64,000 nt of DNA from Bacteroidota bacterium (GCA_030680835.1 JAUXUD010000004.1:32400-96399), one strand, 5' to 3'. Counted from the stretch's first letter, positions 46,993 through 57,540 are shown. Notes: generated by a model from the sequence alone, not told the origin. Program-made: numbers and translations.

Positions 46993-47214
46993 AGGACCGA
47001 CCTATTACAATAACGCCTGCAAATGTTAAAAGATTGGCCAGTAAATAATCATTCAATTAAAGCAAATGTAGCAGACCTTGAGCAAGGCCTCTTAGTCGCA
47101 TCGATTGGCCTTGCGGCTTGGGATGCGAGCCAAGGCCAAGCTTTTTTACATTTGCCAGTTAATGTAATAAGTCTTGATTTTTTGGGTACCTTTTTGATCA
47201 AGCAAAAAGGTACA
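46993..47214 (-). repeat. Structured ~220-nt repeat, copy 2 (inverted)
   Basis: Shares CTTTTTGCTTGATCAAAAAG, AAAAAATCAAGACTTATT, CCCAAGCCGCAAGGCCAA, AGGCCTTGCTC and AATAGGTCGGTCCT with copy 1. Confidence 0.85.
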
Positions 47215-47426
47215 AAATAATCAAATGTCACAAATCATTACTTTATACGAAATGTCACTTCGAAAGCCATAAAACAAATTTACTCAGCATTAGTTCAAAC
47301 TATTGAATAAATGGACATACCCTAAATATGATTTAGAACGTTACTAAATAAGTGGCACTCAACATTTTGGTTAGGAAATCAAATAAAATTATATATACCT
47401 TAGTTCTTTATTAAAAGTATTGAAAC

Positions 47427-48014
47427 GTGAAAAAACTAAAACCTACCTATCTTCTCCTTATACTTTTTGCAACTTTTTCCCTGCACAACTGCAAAAAGGA
47501 TAACAACAATACCAAGTGCGGAGGCGATAAATATTATTATTATTTAAGTGAGCCAGCTAAATCCAAGGTGCCATATTCAGGAACGGATACACTTGTTTTT
47601 GTCAGCAACAATCATGATACCGCAGTTTGTATGGGACAAGGGAAAAAACAATTTTATGTCACATCATCCTTTTATGCAAATCCTGATTGTCCTCCAAATA
47701 CCGATTACTATGAGGCTTTTAATTACAAGTTTATAGACAAAAACGATAAGTTAAATTTAGAAATTAATTTATATAAAAATGATGGATATGTTTCTGAAGT
47801 GATGGATATGAACATCAATTCAACCAGATTGTATCCGATTAATTTAATTTATATGTATGAGTGGTATTATAATGATTCTGTATCAACTAATATGAGACAA
47901 TACAAAACGTTCAAACTAAATTTTGGATTAGGAAATATCGTACATTATAACTTGATGAAAGGAATAATACAAATTCAATCTAAAATAAATGTCTGGACTC
48001 TTTCTGAAAAATAG
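47427..48014 (+). CDS. Hypothetical lipoprotein
   Basis: GTG start, basic/hydrophobic leader ending LHNC-KKD; visibly AT-richer than neighbours; no recognised domain. Confidence 0.65.
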   Translation: MKKLKPTYLLLILFATFSLHNCKKDNNNTKCGGDKYYYYLSEPAKSKVPYSGTDTLVFVSNNHDTAVCMGQGKKQFYVTSSFYANPDCPPNTDYYEAFNYKFIDKNDKLNLEINLYKNDGYVSEVMDMNINSTRLYPINLIYMYEWYYNDSVSTNMRQYKTFKLNFGLGNIVHYNLMKGIIQIQSKINVWTLSEK

Positions 48015-48305
48015 AAAGGTAAATAAATAAAGTTGCTCAGCAGGAAATAGTTTAGTGTAGGACTCTATAGCACTCAGGTTTTTGCATGACAATAATCATA
48101 ATAAAATAAGTTTACATTTTGGTGACAATTGAGCAATGAAGCATGATTGAGGGGTTAAAATGCTGATTTAAAATAGCTGAGCGGCTTTTAAAAATGCTGC
48201 ATAAGAGAATGAGATGCGTTTGAATTATCATATTTAGGTAAGAATGTATATTATCATTTTTTCAATTCGTATGCAGCTACATCTTTGCGCATGTAAACGC
48301 AAACC

Positions 48306-49571
48306 ATGATCTCAAATTGTTTCGTAATAGGCTTTAATCACCACCATGCAGATGTTTCTGAACGGAGTTATTATGCAATTTCAGAAGAACAAAAGCTAAG
48401 TATCTTTCAGGAAGCAAAGGAAATTAATTTCCCGTCTCTGGTAATTATCAATACCTGCAACCGGACAGAAATATTTGGTTACGGGGATATGGAAACAGCC
48501 ATAAAATTGTATGCCAAACATACGCTGAATGATTTTATCCTGAAGGATAAAATGATGAAATTGACAGGCAGAGAAGCCATTGACCATATGTTTAAAGTGG
48601 GCTCGGGTCTGGATTCCCAGATTATTGGCGACCTTGAAATACTTGGGCAGTTTAAAAATGCTTTTCATACGGCCAAAAAACACCATTTGCTCAACGGATA
48701 TTTTGAAAGGCTTGCCAACCATTGCGTTCAGGCCTCCAAAGAAATACGCAGCAATACGGAATTATCGGGTGGAACCATTTCATTATCTTATGCAATCGTA
48801 AAATTTTTAAAAGACCGGGATTTTATCAGGGATAAAAAAGTGCTGATCATCGGAGCCGGTGAATTTGGTAAGGGCATTGCACAAAATATTAAAAGTCATT
48901 TTCCGCTTGACAAACTTTATTTGAGTAACAGAACAGAAAGTAAAGCCAGGATCCTGGCCGAAAAATTATCGTGTAACTGGTTTGATTTTAAAGAGATTCC
49001 AACAAGAATCAACGATTTTGATATTATCATAACTGCAGTAAGTAATGCAAAAAATTACCTGGTTGAACACAACATGATTGTTAATGGAAACAGGAAATTA
49101 TTCTTTGATATGTCGGTACCCCGGGCCATTGACCCATCCTTGAATAGCGGAGAAAACGAATTGATTACCGTGGACGATGCCTCAAGTTTGATCAATCACA
49201 ATATAGAAAACAGAAAGTCTCAGCTCCCCCTGGCACTTGATATTTTAAATAAACACCTGGCTGAATTTATACAATGGAGTGAAATCTATGAAAAATCGGA
49301 TTCCATTAAAACATGGAAAAGTTTAATCGTTCAGCTCAGTATGGAATGTCCGCATATTAACAATTTGGAATCTCATGAAAAGACGCGGATTATTGGTAAG
49401 CGTATGTCGCATTTTGCAAACTATGTGAAGTCGAAAAACAATTTGCCTAAAGAACCAGAAAAAATAATTGACTCTTATCTTTTTGAAAATCCCGGTACTT
49501 TTAAGTGTAAAACAAGCTTTCATACATGTGAAGTTATTAATAATTGCAGGTCATGCTCAGGAACATATTAA
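48306..49571 (+). CDS. hemA: Glutamyl-tRNA reductase
   Basis: TCNRTE, GLDSQIIGD..ILGQ, IGAGEFG and DMSVPRAID motifs. Confidence 0.93.
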   Translation: MISNCFVIGFNHHHADVSERSYYAISEEQKLSIFQEAKEINFPSLVIINTCNRTEIFGYGDMETAIKLYAKHTLNDFILKDKMMKLTGREAIDHMFKVGSGLDSQIIGDLEILGQFKNAFHTAKKHHLLNGYFERLANHCVQASKEIRSNTELSGGTISLSYAIVKFLKDRDFIRDKKVLIIGAGEFGKGIAQNIKSHFPLDKLYLSNRTESKARILAEKLSCNWFDFKEIPTRINDFDIIITAVSNAKNYLVEHNMIVNGNRKLFFDMSVPRAIDPSLNSGENELITVDDASSLINHNIENRKSQLPLALDILNKHLAEFIQWSEIYEKSDSIKTWKSLIVQLSMECPHINNLESHEKTRIIGKRMSHFANYVKSKNNLPKEPEKIIDSYLFENPGTFKCKTSFHTCEVINNCRSCSGTY

Positions 49572-50479
49572 TAGGCACCCGCGAAAGTGAACTTGCAGTA
49601 TGGCAGGCCGTTTTTATAAAGGGATTGATTGAAAAAACAGGCAACAACTGTGAGCTTGTTTACATAAAAAGTGATGGAGAGCAAGACCTGGTTTCTCCGC
49701 TTTATGAAATGGGGGTTCAGGGCATATTTACCAAAACATTGGATGCTGCATTGTTGAATCATAAAATTGACATTGCGGTTCACTCTTTAAAGGATGTCCC
49801 TACGCAATTGCCGGAAGGATTGGTGTTGGCAGCTACCCCAGAACGCGGAAACCACAAGGATGTTTTGGTATATAAAAACGAAGGAGATTTGCCTGAAGCT
49901 CGTGAAAATTATATAATCGCCACAAGCAGTTTAAGAAGAAAAGCACAATGGTTAAACAGGTTTCCATCGCACGAAACCGAAACCTTGAGGGGAAATATAA
50001 ATACCCGCTTGCAAAAACTCATTGAAAACCAAAATTGGAATGGTGCATTATTTGCGCATGCCGGTATTGAACGGATTGATTTAAAAGTTCCTTATAAAAT
50101 AGAATTGGACTGGATGCTCCCTGCACCAGCTCAGGGTGCATTGGGAATTGTTTGCAGAAAGGATGACCCAGAAATCCTGGAAATATGCAAGACCTTAAAT
50201 CATGATGACACGCAGCTTGCAACACGGACTGAAAGGAATTTTCTCAGGGAATTAATGGGAGGATGCACCATGCCGATTGCTGCCTATGCACATGTATTGA
50301 ATGGCAATCTTGTTTTTAAAGGAAATGTATTAAGCATTGATGGAAAGCAAAAAGCGGAGGTTCAATTAGAAGTTAATATAGAAGATGCAAAATTTGCCGG
50401 AGAAAAAGCGGCTCAGCAATTAATTAATAATGGGGGAGCTATTATATTAAAAACATTTCAAAAAAACCGGAATTTCTAA
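49553..50479 (+). CDS. hemC: Hydroxymethylbilane synthase
   Basis: GTRESELA, GIFTK, AVHSLKD, TSSLRR, RGNINTRL and GGC motifs. Confidence 0.95.
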   Translation: MLRNILIGTRESELAVWQAVFIKGLIEKTGNNCELVYIKSDGEQDLVSPLYEMGVQGIFTKTLDAALLNHKIDIAVHSLKDVPTQLPEGLVLAATPERGNHKDVLVYKNEGDLPEARENYIIATSSLRRKAQWLNRFPSHETETLRGNINTRLQKLIENQNWNGALFAHAGIERIDLKVPYKIELDWMLPAPAQGALGIVCRKDDPEILEICKTLNHDDTQLATRTERNFLRELMGGCTMPIAAYAHVLNGNLVFKGNVLSIDGKQKAEVQLEVNIEDAKFAGEKAAQQLINNGGAIILKTFQKNRNF

Positions 50480-50482
50480 AAA

Positions 50483-51181
50483 GTGGGAAATAAACTCATT
50501 CATATTGCATGTACCCGATTTTTAGAAAAATCCCATAAAAGCGAAGCCGAAAATAAAGGCATCCGGATCCATGATGATTCTTTTGTAAACATAACATTTC
50601 CTGATCAACCCTTGTTGGTTCAGACCTTGCGGGATAATACCTTTCCATTGATTTTTACCAGTTCTTATGCGGTAGCGGCTGTTGCCAGACTGGTAAAAAA
50701 ATATGCAATAAAATTAATAAACAACAATGCCTTTTGTATAAGTGGGAAAACAAAAACTGCGGCACTTGAAAATGGATTTATGATTATGGCTGATGCACCC
50801 AATGCTTTGAAACTGGCAAATGAAATTATTTTAAGCAATGTAAAAGAAGTGCTTCATTGCACAGCAAATATCAGAAGGGATGAATTGAGAGAACAGCTTC
50901 AACATGCCGGTATCACATTAAACGAATTGGAAGTATACCATAAGCAAATCATATCAAAAGTTGTGGAGGACTTTAATGGGGTGATGTTTTTTAGTCCATC
51001 GCAGGCAGATGCTTTTTTACAATTAAATAAACTCATGCCGGAGGTTCCTGCTTTTTGTGTGGGATCAACCACAGCCAATCATCTGGCCGAATTAAATCAT
51101 TCAAATATCATCATATCAAAAACTGCGAGTGAGCAGGATTTATTAACAGAAGTTTTTAACTATTATAATCAGCATACATGA
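50483..51181 (+). CDS. hemD: Uroporphyrinogen-III synthase
   Basis: IFTS..AV, EVY, FFSPS and VGSTTA motifs; between hemC and hemE. Confidence 0.85.
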   Translation: MGNKLIHIACTRFLEKSHKSEAENKGIRIHDDSFVNITFPDQPLLVQTLRDNTFPLIFTSSYAVAAVARLVKKYAIKLINNNAFCISGKTKTAALENGFMIMADAPNALKLANEIILSNVKEVLHCTANIRRDELREQLQHAGITLNELEVYHKQIISKVVEDFNGVMFFSPSQADAFLQLNKLMPEVPAFCVGSTTANHLAELNHSNIIISKTASEQDLLTEVFNYYNQHT

Positions 51182-52206
51182 CAACAGCGCACTTATTTAT
51201 AAAAGCACTTAAGGGAGAAGAGGTAGAACGTCCACCCGTTTGGATGATGCGCCAGGCAGGCAGGTATTTACCGCAATATATTGAATTGCGGAAAAAATAT
51301 GATTTTTTTACCCGCGTTCAAACCCCGGAACTTGCTGCAGAAATTACCATACAGCCTGTTGACATTGTGGGAACAGATGCAGCGATTCTGTTTTCCGATA
51401 TCCTTGTGATCCCGCAGGCAATGGGACTTGAGGTTCAAATGATAGAAAGCAAAGGTCCTTATTTACCGAAAACAATTGCATCAAAATCGGATATGGATCA
51501 GTTAATTGTAACTGAAGCTTCTGATCAGTTACAATATGTTTACGATGCCATTCGCTTAACAAAAAAATTATTGAATAACCGGGTTCCATTAATTGGTTTT
51601 GCAGGAGCACCCTTTACCATTTTATGTTATATGGTTGAAGGAAAAGGAAGCAAAACTTTTGATAAAGCAAAACAATTTTGTTTTTCACAACCCGAACTGG
51701 CGCATCAGTTATTGAATAAAATTACCGATGTAACCATTGCGTATTTAAAGAAACAGGTTTTGGCCGGAGCCGATGCCATTCAGGTGTTTGACAGCTGGAG
51801 CGGATTGCTTGCTCCCGGTGATTTTAAATTATTTGCACAACCCTATCTGGAAAGAATTGCCAATGAATTAAGCTCTTTAATACCCGTAATTTTATTCCCC
51901 AAAGGAAGCTGGTATGCTTTACCGGATTTATCAAAATCATCTGCTTCGGCTTTAGGTATTGATTGGTGTATTGAACCCAAACTGGCCAGAGAACTCACCC
52001 ATAATTCCATTACGCTTCAGGGTAATTTTGATCCTGCAAAATTGTTATTGCCGATACCGCAATTACAGGAAGCCGTAAAACAAATGATCGATGAATTTGG
52101 AACTCAAAAATATATTGCAAACCTGGGGCATGGCATATTACCCAATGTTCCGGTTGAACATGCCAAAGCTTTTGTTGATGCAGTTAAGAACTATAAAAAA
52201 CATTAA
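51178..52206 (+). CDS. hemE: Uroporphyrinogen decarboxylase
   Basis: [17 protein letters not shown] and NLGHGI motifs. Confidence 0.96.
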   Translation: MTTAHLFIKALKGEEVERPPVWMMRQAGRYLPQYIELRKKYDFFTRVQTPELAAEITIQPVDIVGTDAAILFSDILVIPQAMGLEVQMIESKGPYLPKTIASKSDMDQLIVTEASDQLQYVYDAIRLTKKLLNNRVPLIGFAGAPFTILCYMVEGKGSKTFDKAKQFCFSQPELAHQLLNKITDVTIAYLKKQVLAGADAIQVFDSWSGLLAPGDFKLFAQPYLERIANELSSLIPVILFPKGSWYALPDLSKSSASALGIDWCIEPKLARELTHNSITLQGNFDPAKLLLPIPQLQEAVKQMIDEFGTQKYIANLGHGILPNVPVEHAKAFVDAVKNYKKH

Positions 52207-52211
52207 AGACA

Positions 52212-53180
52212 ATGATTTACCGCCCAAGAATTTTACGCCAATCGCCTGCCATCAGAAATATGGTAACTGAAACCAGGCTCACGCCAGCAAATTTTATTGC
52301 ACCTTTATTTATTGTTGAAGGGGAATCTGTGAATGAAGAAATCAGTTCCTTACCGGGTTATTACAGAAAAAGTCTGGACATGACCTTATTGGAAGTTGAA
52401 GCTTTATGGTCGTTGGGAATACAATGTGTGTTGTTGTTTATCAAATGCAAAAATGCCTTGAAAGACAATGCCGGTACGGAAGCTTTAAATGCGCAGGGAC
52501 TCATGCAACGCAGCATCCGTGCCATCCGGAATGTTTGTCCGGAAATGTGCATCATGACGGATATAGCCCTGGATCCTTTTTCAAGTTTTGGTCATGATGG
52601 AATTGTATCGGGCAATGAAATCGTAAATGATGCCACCGTTTCTGTACTTGCAAAAATGGCTGTCAGTCATGCCGAAGCAGGGGCCCATTTTGTGGCACCG
52701 AGCGATATGATGGATGGAAGAATTGGTGCCATCAGGCAGGCGCTTGAAACGGCAGGATTTCATCATACCGGAATTATGAGTTATAGTGCAAAATATGCTT
52801 CGTGTTTTTATGGTCCGTTCAGAGATGCGTTGGATTCGGCACCCGGATTTGGAGATAAGAAAAGTTATCAGATGAATCCCGCCAACCGTTTGGAAGCGAT
52901 TAAAGAGGTGAGATTGGATATTGCAGAAGGAGCAGATATTGTTATGGTAAAACCTGCCTTATCGTACCTCGATATTATACGTGAAGTTAAAAATGAAGTA
53001 GTGGTACCGGTAAGTGCATATCATGTAAGTGGTGAATATGCCATGATTAAAGCAGCTGCACAAAAGGGATGGTTAAACGAACAGCAAGCTATGATGGAAA
53101 CCACATTATCCATTAAAAGGGCCGGTGCAGATTTAATCGCAACGTATTTCGCAAAAGACATCGCAAAATTAATTTCCTAA
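52212..53180 (+). CDS. hemB: Porphobilinogen synthase
   Basis: APSDMMDGR, SYSAKYAS.FYGPFRDA, MVKP and YHVSGEY motifs. Confidence 0.96.
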   Translation: MIYRPRILRQSPAIRNMVTETRLTPANFIAPLFIVEGESVNEEISSLPGYYRKSLDMTLLEVEALWSLGIQCVLLFIKCKNALKDNAGTEALNAQGLMQRSIRAIRNVCPEMCIMTDIALDPFSSFGHDGIVSGNEIVNDATVSVLAKMAVSHAEAGAHFVAPSDMMDGRIGAIRQALETAGFHHTGIMSYSAKYASCFYGPFRDALDSAPGFGDKKSYQMNPANRLEAIKEVRLDIAEGADIVMVKPALSYLDIIREVKNEVVVPVSAYHVSGEYAMIKAAAQKGWLNEQQAMMETTLSIKRAGADLIATYFAKDIAKLIS

Positions 53181-53197
53181 AATAAAAGTAAAAAGGT

Positions 53198-54487
53198 ATG
53201 CAGGCAATTACTCAATATCAGAACAGCACAAAACTTTTTGAACAGGCGAAACTTTCCATTCCGGGGGGCGTAAATTCACCGGTACGGGCCTTTAAAAGTG
53301 TTGGAGGAAATCCTATTTTTATGCAATCGGCAAGTGGGGCACATTTGTTTGATGCCGATGGAAATAAATACATCGATTATATAAATTCATGGGGGCCGAT
53401 GATATTGGGTCATTGTCATCCCGATGTGGTGAATGCGCTTGTAAAAAGAGCTTCAGAGGCCATATCGTTTGGAGCACCCACCGAATCAGAAACCTTAATG
53501 GCGGAGTTAATCAAATCGATGGTTCCCAATATCGACAGTGTTCGTTTGGTAAGCAGCGGAACCGAAGCCTGCATGAGTGCACTGCGTTTGGCCAGGGGAT
53601 ATACCGGCAGAAATAAATTTATAAAATTTGATGGTTGTTATCATGGACATGCAGATGCTTTTTTAGTAAAAGCGGGTAGTGGAGTAGCAACTTTAGGCAT
53701 ACAGCATGTACCGGGTGTAACCAAAGGTGCATCTCAAGATACCCTGATCGCAGCGTATAATAATCTGGAAGAAGTAGCCGATTGGTTTCAGAAATATCCT
53801 GCAGAAATAGCGGCTATTATTGTTGAACCCCTTGCAGGCAATATGGGTTGTGTTTTGCCTGAACCGGGATTTTTAGAAGGATTAAGAAAGCTATGTGATG
53901 CCCATGGTGCCTTATTGATATTTGATGAAGTAATGACCGGCTTCCGTTTGGCAGCAGGTGGTGCGCAACAGGTATATGGTGTAAATGCAGATATTGTTAC
54001 CTATGGGAAAGTAATCGGCGGAGGCATGCCGGTGGGTGCATTTGCAGGCAAATATGAAATCATGAATCATATTGCACCTGCAGGAAATGTTTACCAGGCG
54101 GGTACCCTTAGTGGAAATCCCATGGCAGTGGCTTGTGGTTATACTACTTTATCTATTTTAAAAAACAATTCGCAAATCTATTCAAACCTGCAACAAAAGG
54201 GAATGCAATTAAAATCGGGTATACAGGAATTGTTGTTAAAAAAAGGAATCGAACATAGCATCAATCAAATGGGAAGTATGATGAGTGTACATTTTGGTGC
54301 ACATAAAGTGACTGATTTTGAAACCGCCGCAGCATGTGATACAACTACGTTTAACCGCTTTTTTCATCATATGCTGAACCATGGAATTTACCTGCCCCCT
54401 TCGGCATTTGAAAGCTGGTTTTTAAGTGATGCCTTATCGGAAAATGATATTGAAAAAACCCTGGATGCAATACGGAAATTTAGTTAA
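53198..54487 (+). CDS. hemL: Glutamate-1-semialdehyde 2,1-aminomutase
   Basis: PGGVNSPVRAF, SGTEA, YHGH, FDEVMTGFR and GKVIGGG motifs. Confidence 0.96.
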   Translation: MQAITQYQNSTKLFEQAKLSIPGGVNSPVRAFKSVGGNPIFMQSASGAHLFDADGNKYIDYINSWGPMILGHCHPDVVNALVKRASEAISFGAPTESETLMAELIKSMVPNIDSVRLVSSGTEACMSALRLARGYTGRNKFIKFDGCYHGHADAFLVKAGSGVATLGIQHVPGVTKGASQDTLIAAYNNLEEVADWFQKYPAEIAAIIVEPLAGNMGCVLPEPGFLEGLRKLCDAHGALLIFDEVMTGFRLAAGGAQQVYGVNADIVTYGKVIGGGMPVGAFAGKYEIMNHIAPAGNVYQAGTLSGNPMAVACGYTTLSILKNNSQIYSNLQQKGMQLKSGIQELLLKKGIEHSINQMGSMMSVHFGAHKVTDFETAAACDTTTFNRFFHHMLNHGIYLPPSAFESWFLSDALSENDIEKTLDAIRKFS

Positions 54488-54498
54488 ACAATATTTTT

Positions 54499-55863
54499 AT
54501 GGATGAACAATTGCCCGGCCTTTTAAATAAATATGATGTCCCCATCCCCCGGTATACCAGCTACCCAACGGTTCCGTATTGGGAATTCGAACATTTTAAT
54601 ACAGATGTTTGGAAGGAGGCTTTGCTTGATACGTATAAAAATGAAAAGGGTGAAATCTGTATTTATATTCACCTTCCTTTTTGTGAAAACCTCTGTACTT
54701 TTTGCGCCTGTACAAAACGCATTACAGTTAACCACAATGTAGAAACACCATATATCGAAAGTGTATTAAAAGAATGGAACCTGTATAAAAACCTTTTTCC
54801 AAACAAACCCATTATCAGAGAAATTCATTTGGGTGGAGGTACCCCTACTTTTTTTAGTCCTGAACACCTGGTTGAATTAATTAATGGAATTGTAAAAGAT
54901 TGTACAATCCCTGATGACCATGAGTTCAGTGTTGAAGTGCATCCCAATTTCACCAAAAAGGAACATTTAGTTGCATTGGCATCGGTTGGTTTTAACCGGA
55001 TCAGCATGGGCGTTCAGGATTTTGATCCTGTGGTTCAATACGTAATAAACAGAAACCAGACCTTTGAGAAAACAAAAGAAGTGGCAGACTGGGCCAGGGC
55101 AGCAGGATTTGAAAGCATTAATATTGATTTGGTTTATGGGCTTCCCAAACAAACAGTAGCCAGTGTTGAAAATACAATCAAGCTCATTAACGAATTGAAA
55201 CCGGACCGGATTGCCTTTTATTCGTATGCCCATGTGCCTTGGAAGAGCAAGGTTCAACGAAGGTATACCGATGATGATTTACCAAAGGCATCGCAAAAAT
55301 GGGATATGTATCATAAAGGAAGGGAGTTGCTCACTGCAAATGGATTTGAAGCCATTGGCATGGATCACTTTGCTTTGCCGGATGATAAACTATTAAAAGC
55401 AGCGGCAGCAGGTAAAATGCACCGTAATTTTATGGGGTATACCACCACACAAAATAAATTGATTATCGGACTTGGGGCTTCGAGTATCAGCGATGCATGG
55501 GGAGCTTTTGCACAAAATGAAAAGGAAATTGAAGCCTACCAGGAACGTGTAAATAAGGGCGAATTTCCCTTAGTTAATGGTCATAAACTGAATGAAGAGG
55601 ATTTGATACTACGGAAAAATATTCTTGAATTGATGTGTACCGGCACCACGCGCCTGGATGAAAACAAATTGGATAAAGATTTTGTTGAGATGGCGTTCAA
55701 TAAACTTAAATTGCTGGAAGCGGATGGACTGGTAAAAATAGCGAGAGATAGAATTTCTGTTACGGATAAGGGTTCCATTTTTATCCGCAATATCAGCGCA
55801 GCGCTGGATGCGAGAATGGCACTTCAACACATGGGTAAAAATGTTTTCAGCAAGGCAATCTGA
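54499..55863 (+). CDS. hemN: Oxygen-independent coproporphyrinogen III oxidase
   Basis: PRYTSYP, HLPFCENLCTFCAC (radical SAM motif with extra Cys), GGGTP and HRNFMGY. Confidence 0.93.
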   Translation: MDEQLPGLLNKYDVPIPRYTSYPTVPYWEFEHFNTDVWKEALLDTYKNEKGEICIYIHLPFCENLCTFCACTKRITVNHNVETPYIESVLKEWNLYKNLFPNKPIIREIHLGGGTPTFFSPEHLVELINGIVKDCTIPDDHEFSVEVHPNFTKKEHLVALASVGFNRISMGVQDFDPVVQYVINRNQTFEKTKEVADWARAAGFESINIDLVYGLPKQTVASVENTIKLINELKPDRIAFYSYAHVPWKSKVQRRYTDDDLPKASQKWDMYHKGRELLTANGFEAIGMDHFALPDDKLLKAAAAGKMHRNFMGYTTTQNKLIIGLGASSISDAWGAFAQNEKEIEAYQERVNKGEFPLVNGHKLNEEDLILRKNILELMCTGTTRLDENKLDKDFVEMAFNKLKLLEADGLVKIARDRISVTDKGSIFIRNISAALDARMALQHMGKNVFSKAI

Positions 55864-55876
55864 CAAATTATATTAA

Positions 55877-56896
55877 ATGGCAACAAAGGCAATATTACTG
55901 GTTAATTTAGGTTCTCCCGATTCCTATGAAGTTCAGGATGTAAAAAAGTATCTGAATGAGTTTTTAATGGATGAAAAAGTAATTGATATTCCATATCTCC
56001 CGAGATTACTTTTGGTTAAAGGCATTATCGTTCCGTTCAGGTCGCCTAAAAGTGCTGCCAAATACAAATCCATCTGGACAAGCAACGGCTCGCCCCTGAT
56101 TCACCATACCCGGCAGCTCACGGCTTTGGTTGCAAAGCAATTGGATATACCTGCTTATATGTGCATGCGTTATGCCAATCCGGATCCCGAGTCGGTGTTA
56201 AAAGAAATCCATATCGAACATCCCGATTTAAAAGAATTGGTTGTTTTACCCTTGTATGCACATTATGCCATGAGCAGTTATGAAACCGCTTTGGTTCATG
56301 TAAAAAATGCTTATAGTAAAGGTAACTATGCCTTTAAATTTCATGCTGTTCCTCCTTTTTATGAGCACCCTGCCTATATTAATTCGTTAAGCGAAAGTAT
56401 CCGTCCGTTTCTGAAAAATGAATACGACCATTTGCTGTTTAGCTACCATGGAATTCCAGAACGGCATATTAAAAAAACGGATATTACACATAGTCATTGT
56501 TTAATGCAGGCCGACTGTTGCAACCAAAATTCGAAAGCGCATTTTTATTGTTACAAACATCAGGTAAAGGAAACAAGCCGGCTGGTGGCAAAACAATTAC
56601 ATTTACCAGCCGATAAGCACAGTTTTTCTTTTCAATCACGCCTGGGACAGGACAAGTGGCTCAAACCCTATACAGCAGGCTTACTAAAGGAGATGCCGGC
56701 TAAAGGAATTAAAAAACTGCTGATTGTTTGTCCTTCTTTTGTGAGCGATTGTTTAGAGACACTGGAAGAAATAAACATAGAAGGAAGAGAATTATTTATG
56801 GAGGCGGGTGGAGAATCTTTTGAACTGATACCTTGTTTGAACACAAATCCCGAATGGATAAAAACAATATCTGTATTATACAATGAAGTAAGTTAA
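55877..56896 (+). CDS. hemH: Ferrochelatase
   Basis: NLGSP, FSYHGIP, FQSRLG..WLKP and DCLETLEE motifs. Confidence 0.95.
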   Translation: MATKAILLVNLGSPDSYEVQDVKKYLNEFLMDEKVIDIPYLPRLLLVKGIIVPFRSPKSAAKYKSIWTSNGSPLIHHTRQLTALVAKQLDIPAYMCMRYANPDPESVLKEIHIEHPDLKELVVLPLYAHYAMSSYETALVHVKNAYSKGNYAFKFHAVPPFYEHPAYINSLSESIRPFLKNEYDHLLFSYHGIPERHIKKTDITHSHCLMQADCCNQNSKAHFYCYKHQVKETSRLVAKQLHLPADKHSFSFQSRLGQDKWLKPYTAGLLKEMPAKGIKKLLIVCPSFVSDCLETLEEINIEGRELFMEAGGESFELIPCLNTNPEWIKTISVLYNEVS

Positions 56897-56901
56897 AGCA
56901 A

Positions 56902-57432
56902 ATGGATTTTTTATATATCAAAGCGATACATATTATTTTTGTAGTAACCTGGTTTAGCGGCATGTTTTACCAGGTGCGTTTATTTATATACAACCGCGAA
57001 GCAAACGATAAAACGGAACCCGAAAAAAGTATCCTTCAAAATCAGTTTAACATCATGATTAAACGTCTTTTGTTTGGTATTACCTGGCCATCGGCGGTAC
57101 TAACCTTAATAATGGGTTCGTGGTTGCTGTATATTTATCCTGCCATTCCACTGTGGTTGTACATAAAATTTGGACTGGTAGGATTGCTCTTTATTTATCA
57201 ATACACACTTCATGTAATTTACAAACAGCAGGCAAATAATATTTTTAAATACACCAGTACCCAATTGCGTTTATGGAATGAGGTGCCAACAGTTTTTTTA
57301 TGCACCATAGTTGTGCTTGCTGTGGTAAAGCAAAGCATGAGTTGGGTATATGGGTTGATTGGGATTGCGGTTTTAATTATACTCTTGTTTACTGCCATTA
57401 AAATTTATAAGAATTTGAGAGGGGGTAAGTGA
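56902..57432 (+). CDS. hemJ: Protoporphyrinogen oxidase HemJ
   Basis: KAIHIIFVVTWFSG..RLFIY, WLYIK and RLWNEVPT motifs; last gene of the hem operon. Confidence 0.88.
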   Translation: MDFLYIKAIHIIFVVTWFSGMFYQVRLFIYNREANDKTEPEKSILQNQFNIMIKRLLFGITWPSAVLTLIMGSWLLYIYPAIPLWLYIKFGLVGLLFIYQYTLHVIYKQQANNIFKYTSTQLRLWNEVPTVFLCTIVVLAVVKQSMSWVYGLIGIAVLIILLFTAIKIYKNLRGGK

Positions 57433-57540
57433 GGGTAGGAGTGGATGAGGGTAGGAGGGTAAGAGGGTAGGAGTTTAGGATGGTATGAGGGGGAGAAAGG
57501 AAGAGGGGAAGAAAAATACATGTCAGTTCGAGCGTAGTCG
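57431..57540 (+). repeat. Purine-rich octamer tandem array (GAGGGTAG-like, 10 units) plus REP-like motif
   Basis: Units 57431-57510 begin at the hemJ stop; CATGTCAGTTCGAGCGTAGTCG at 57519-40. Confidence 0.8.

Noticed and set aside
46552..47231. Short ORFs 46552..46857, 46596..46841, 47023..47220 and 47049..47231 that resemble each other
   Set aside because: Their similarity comes from the inverted DNA repeat; changes preserve base pairing rather than protein sequence.
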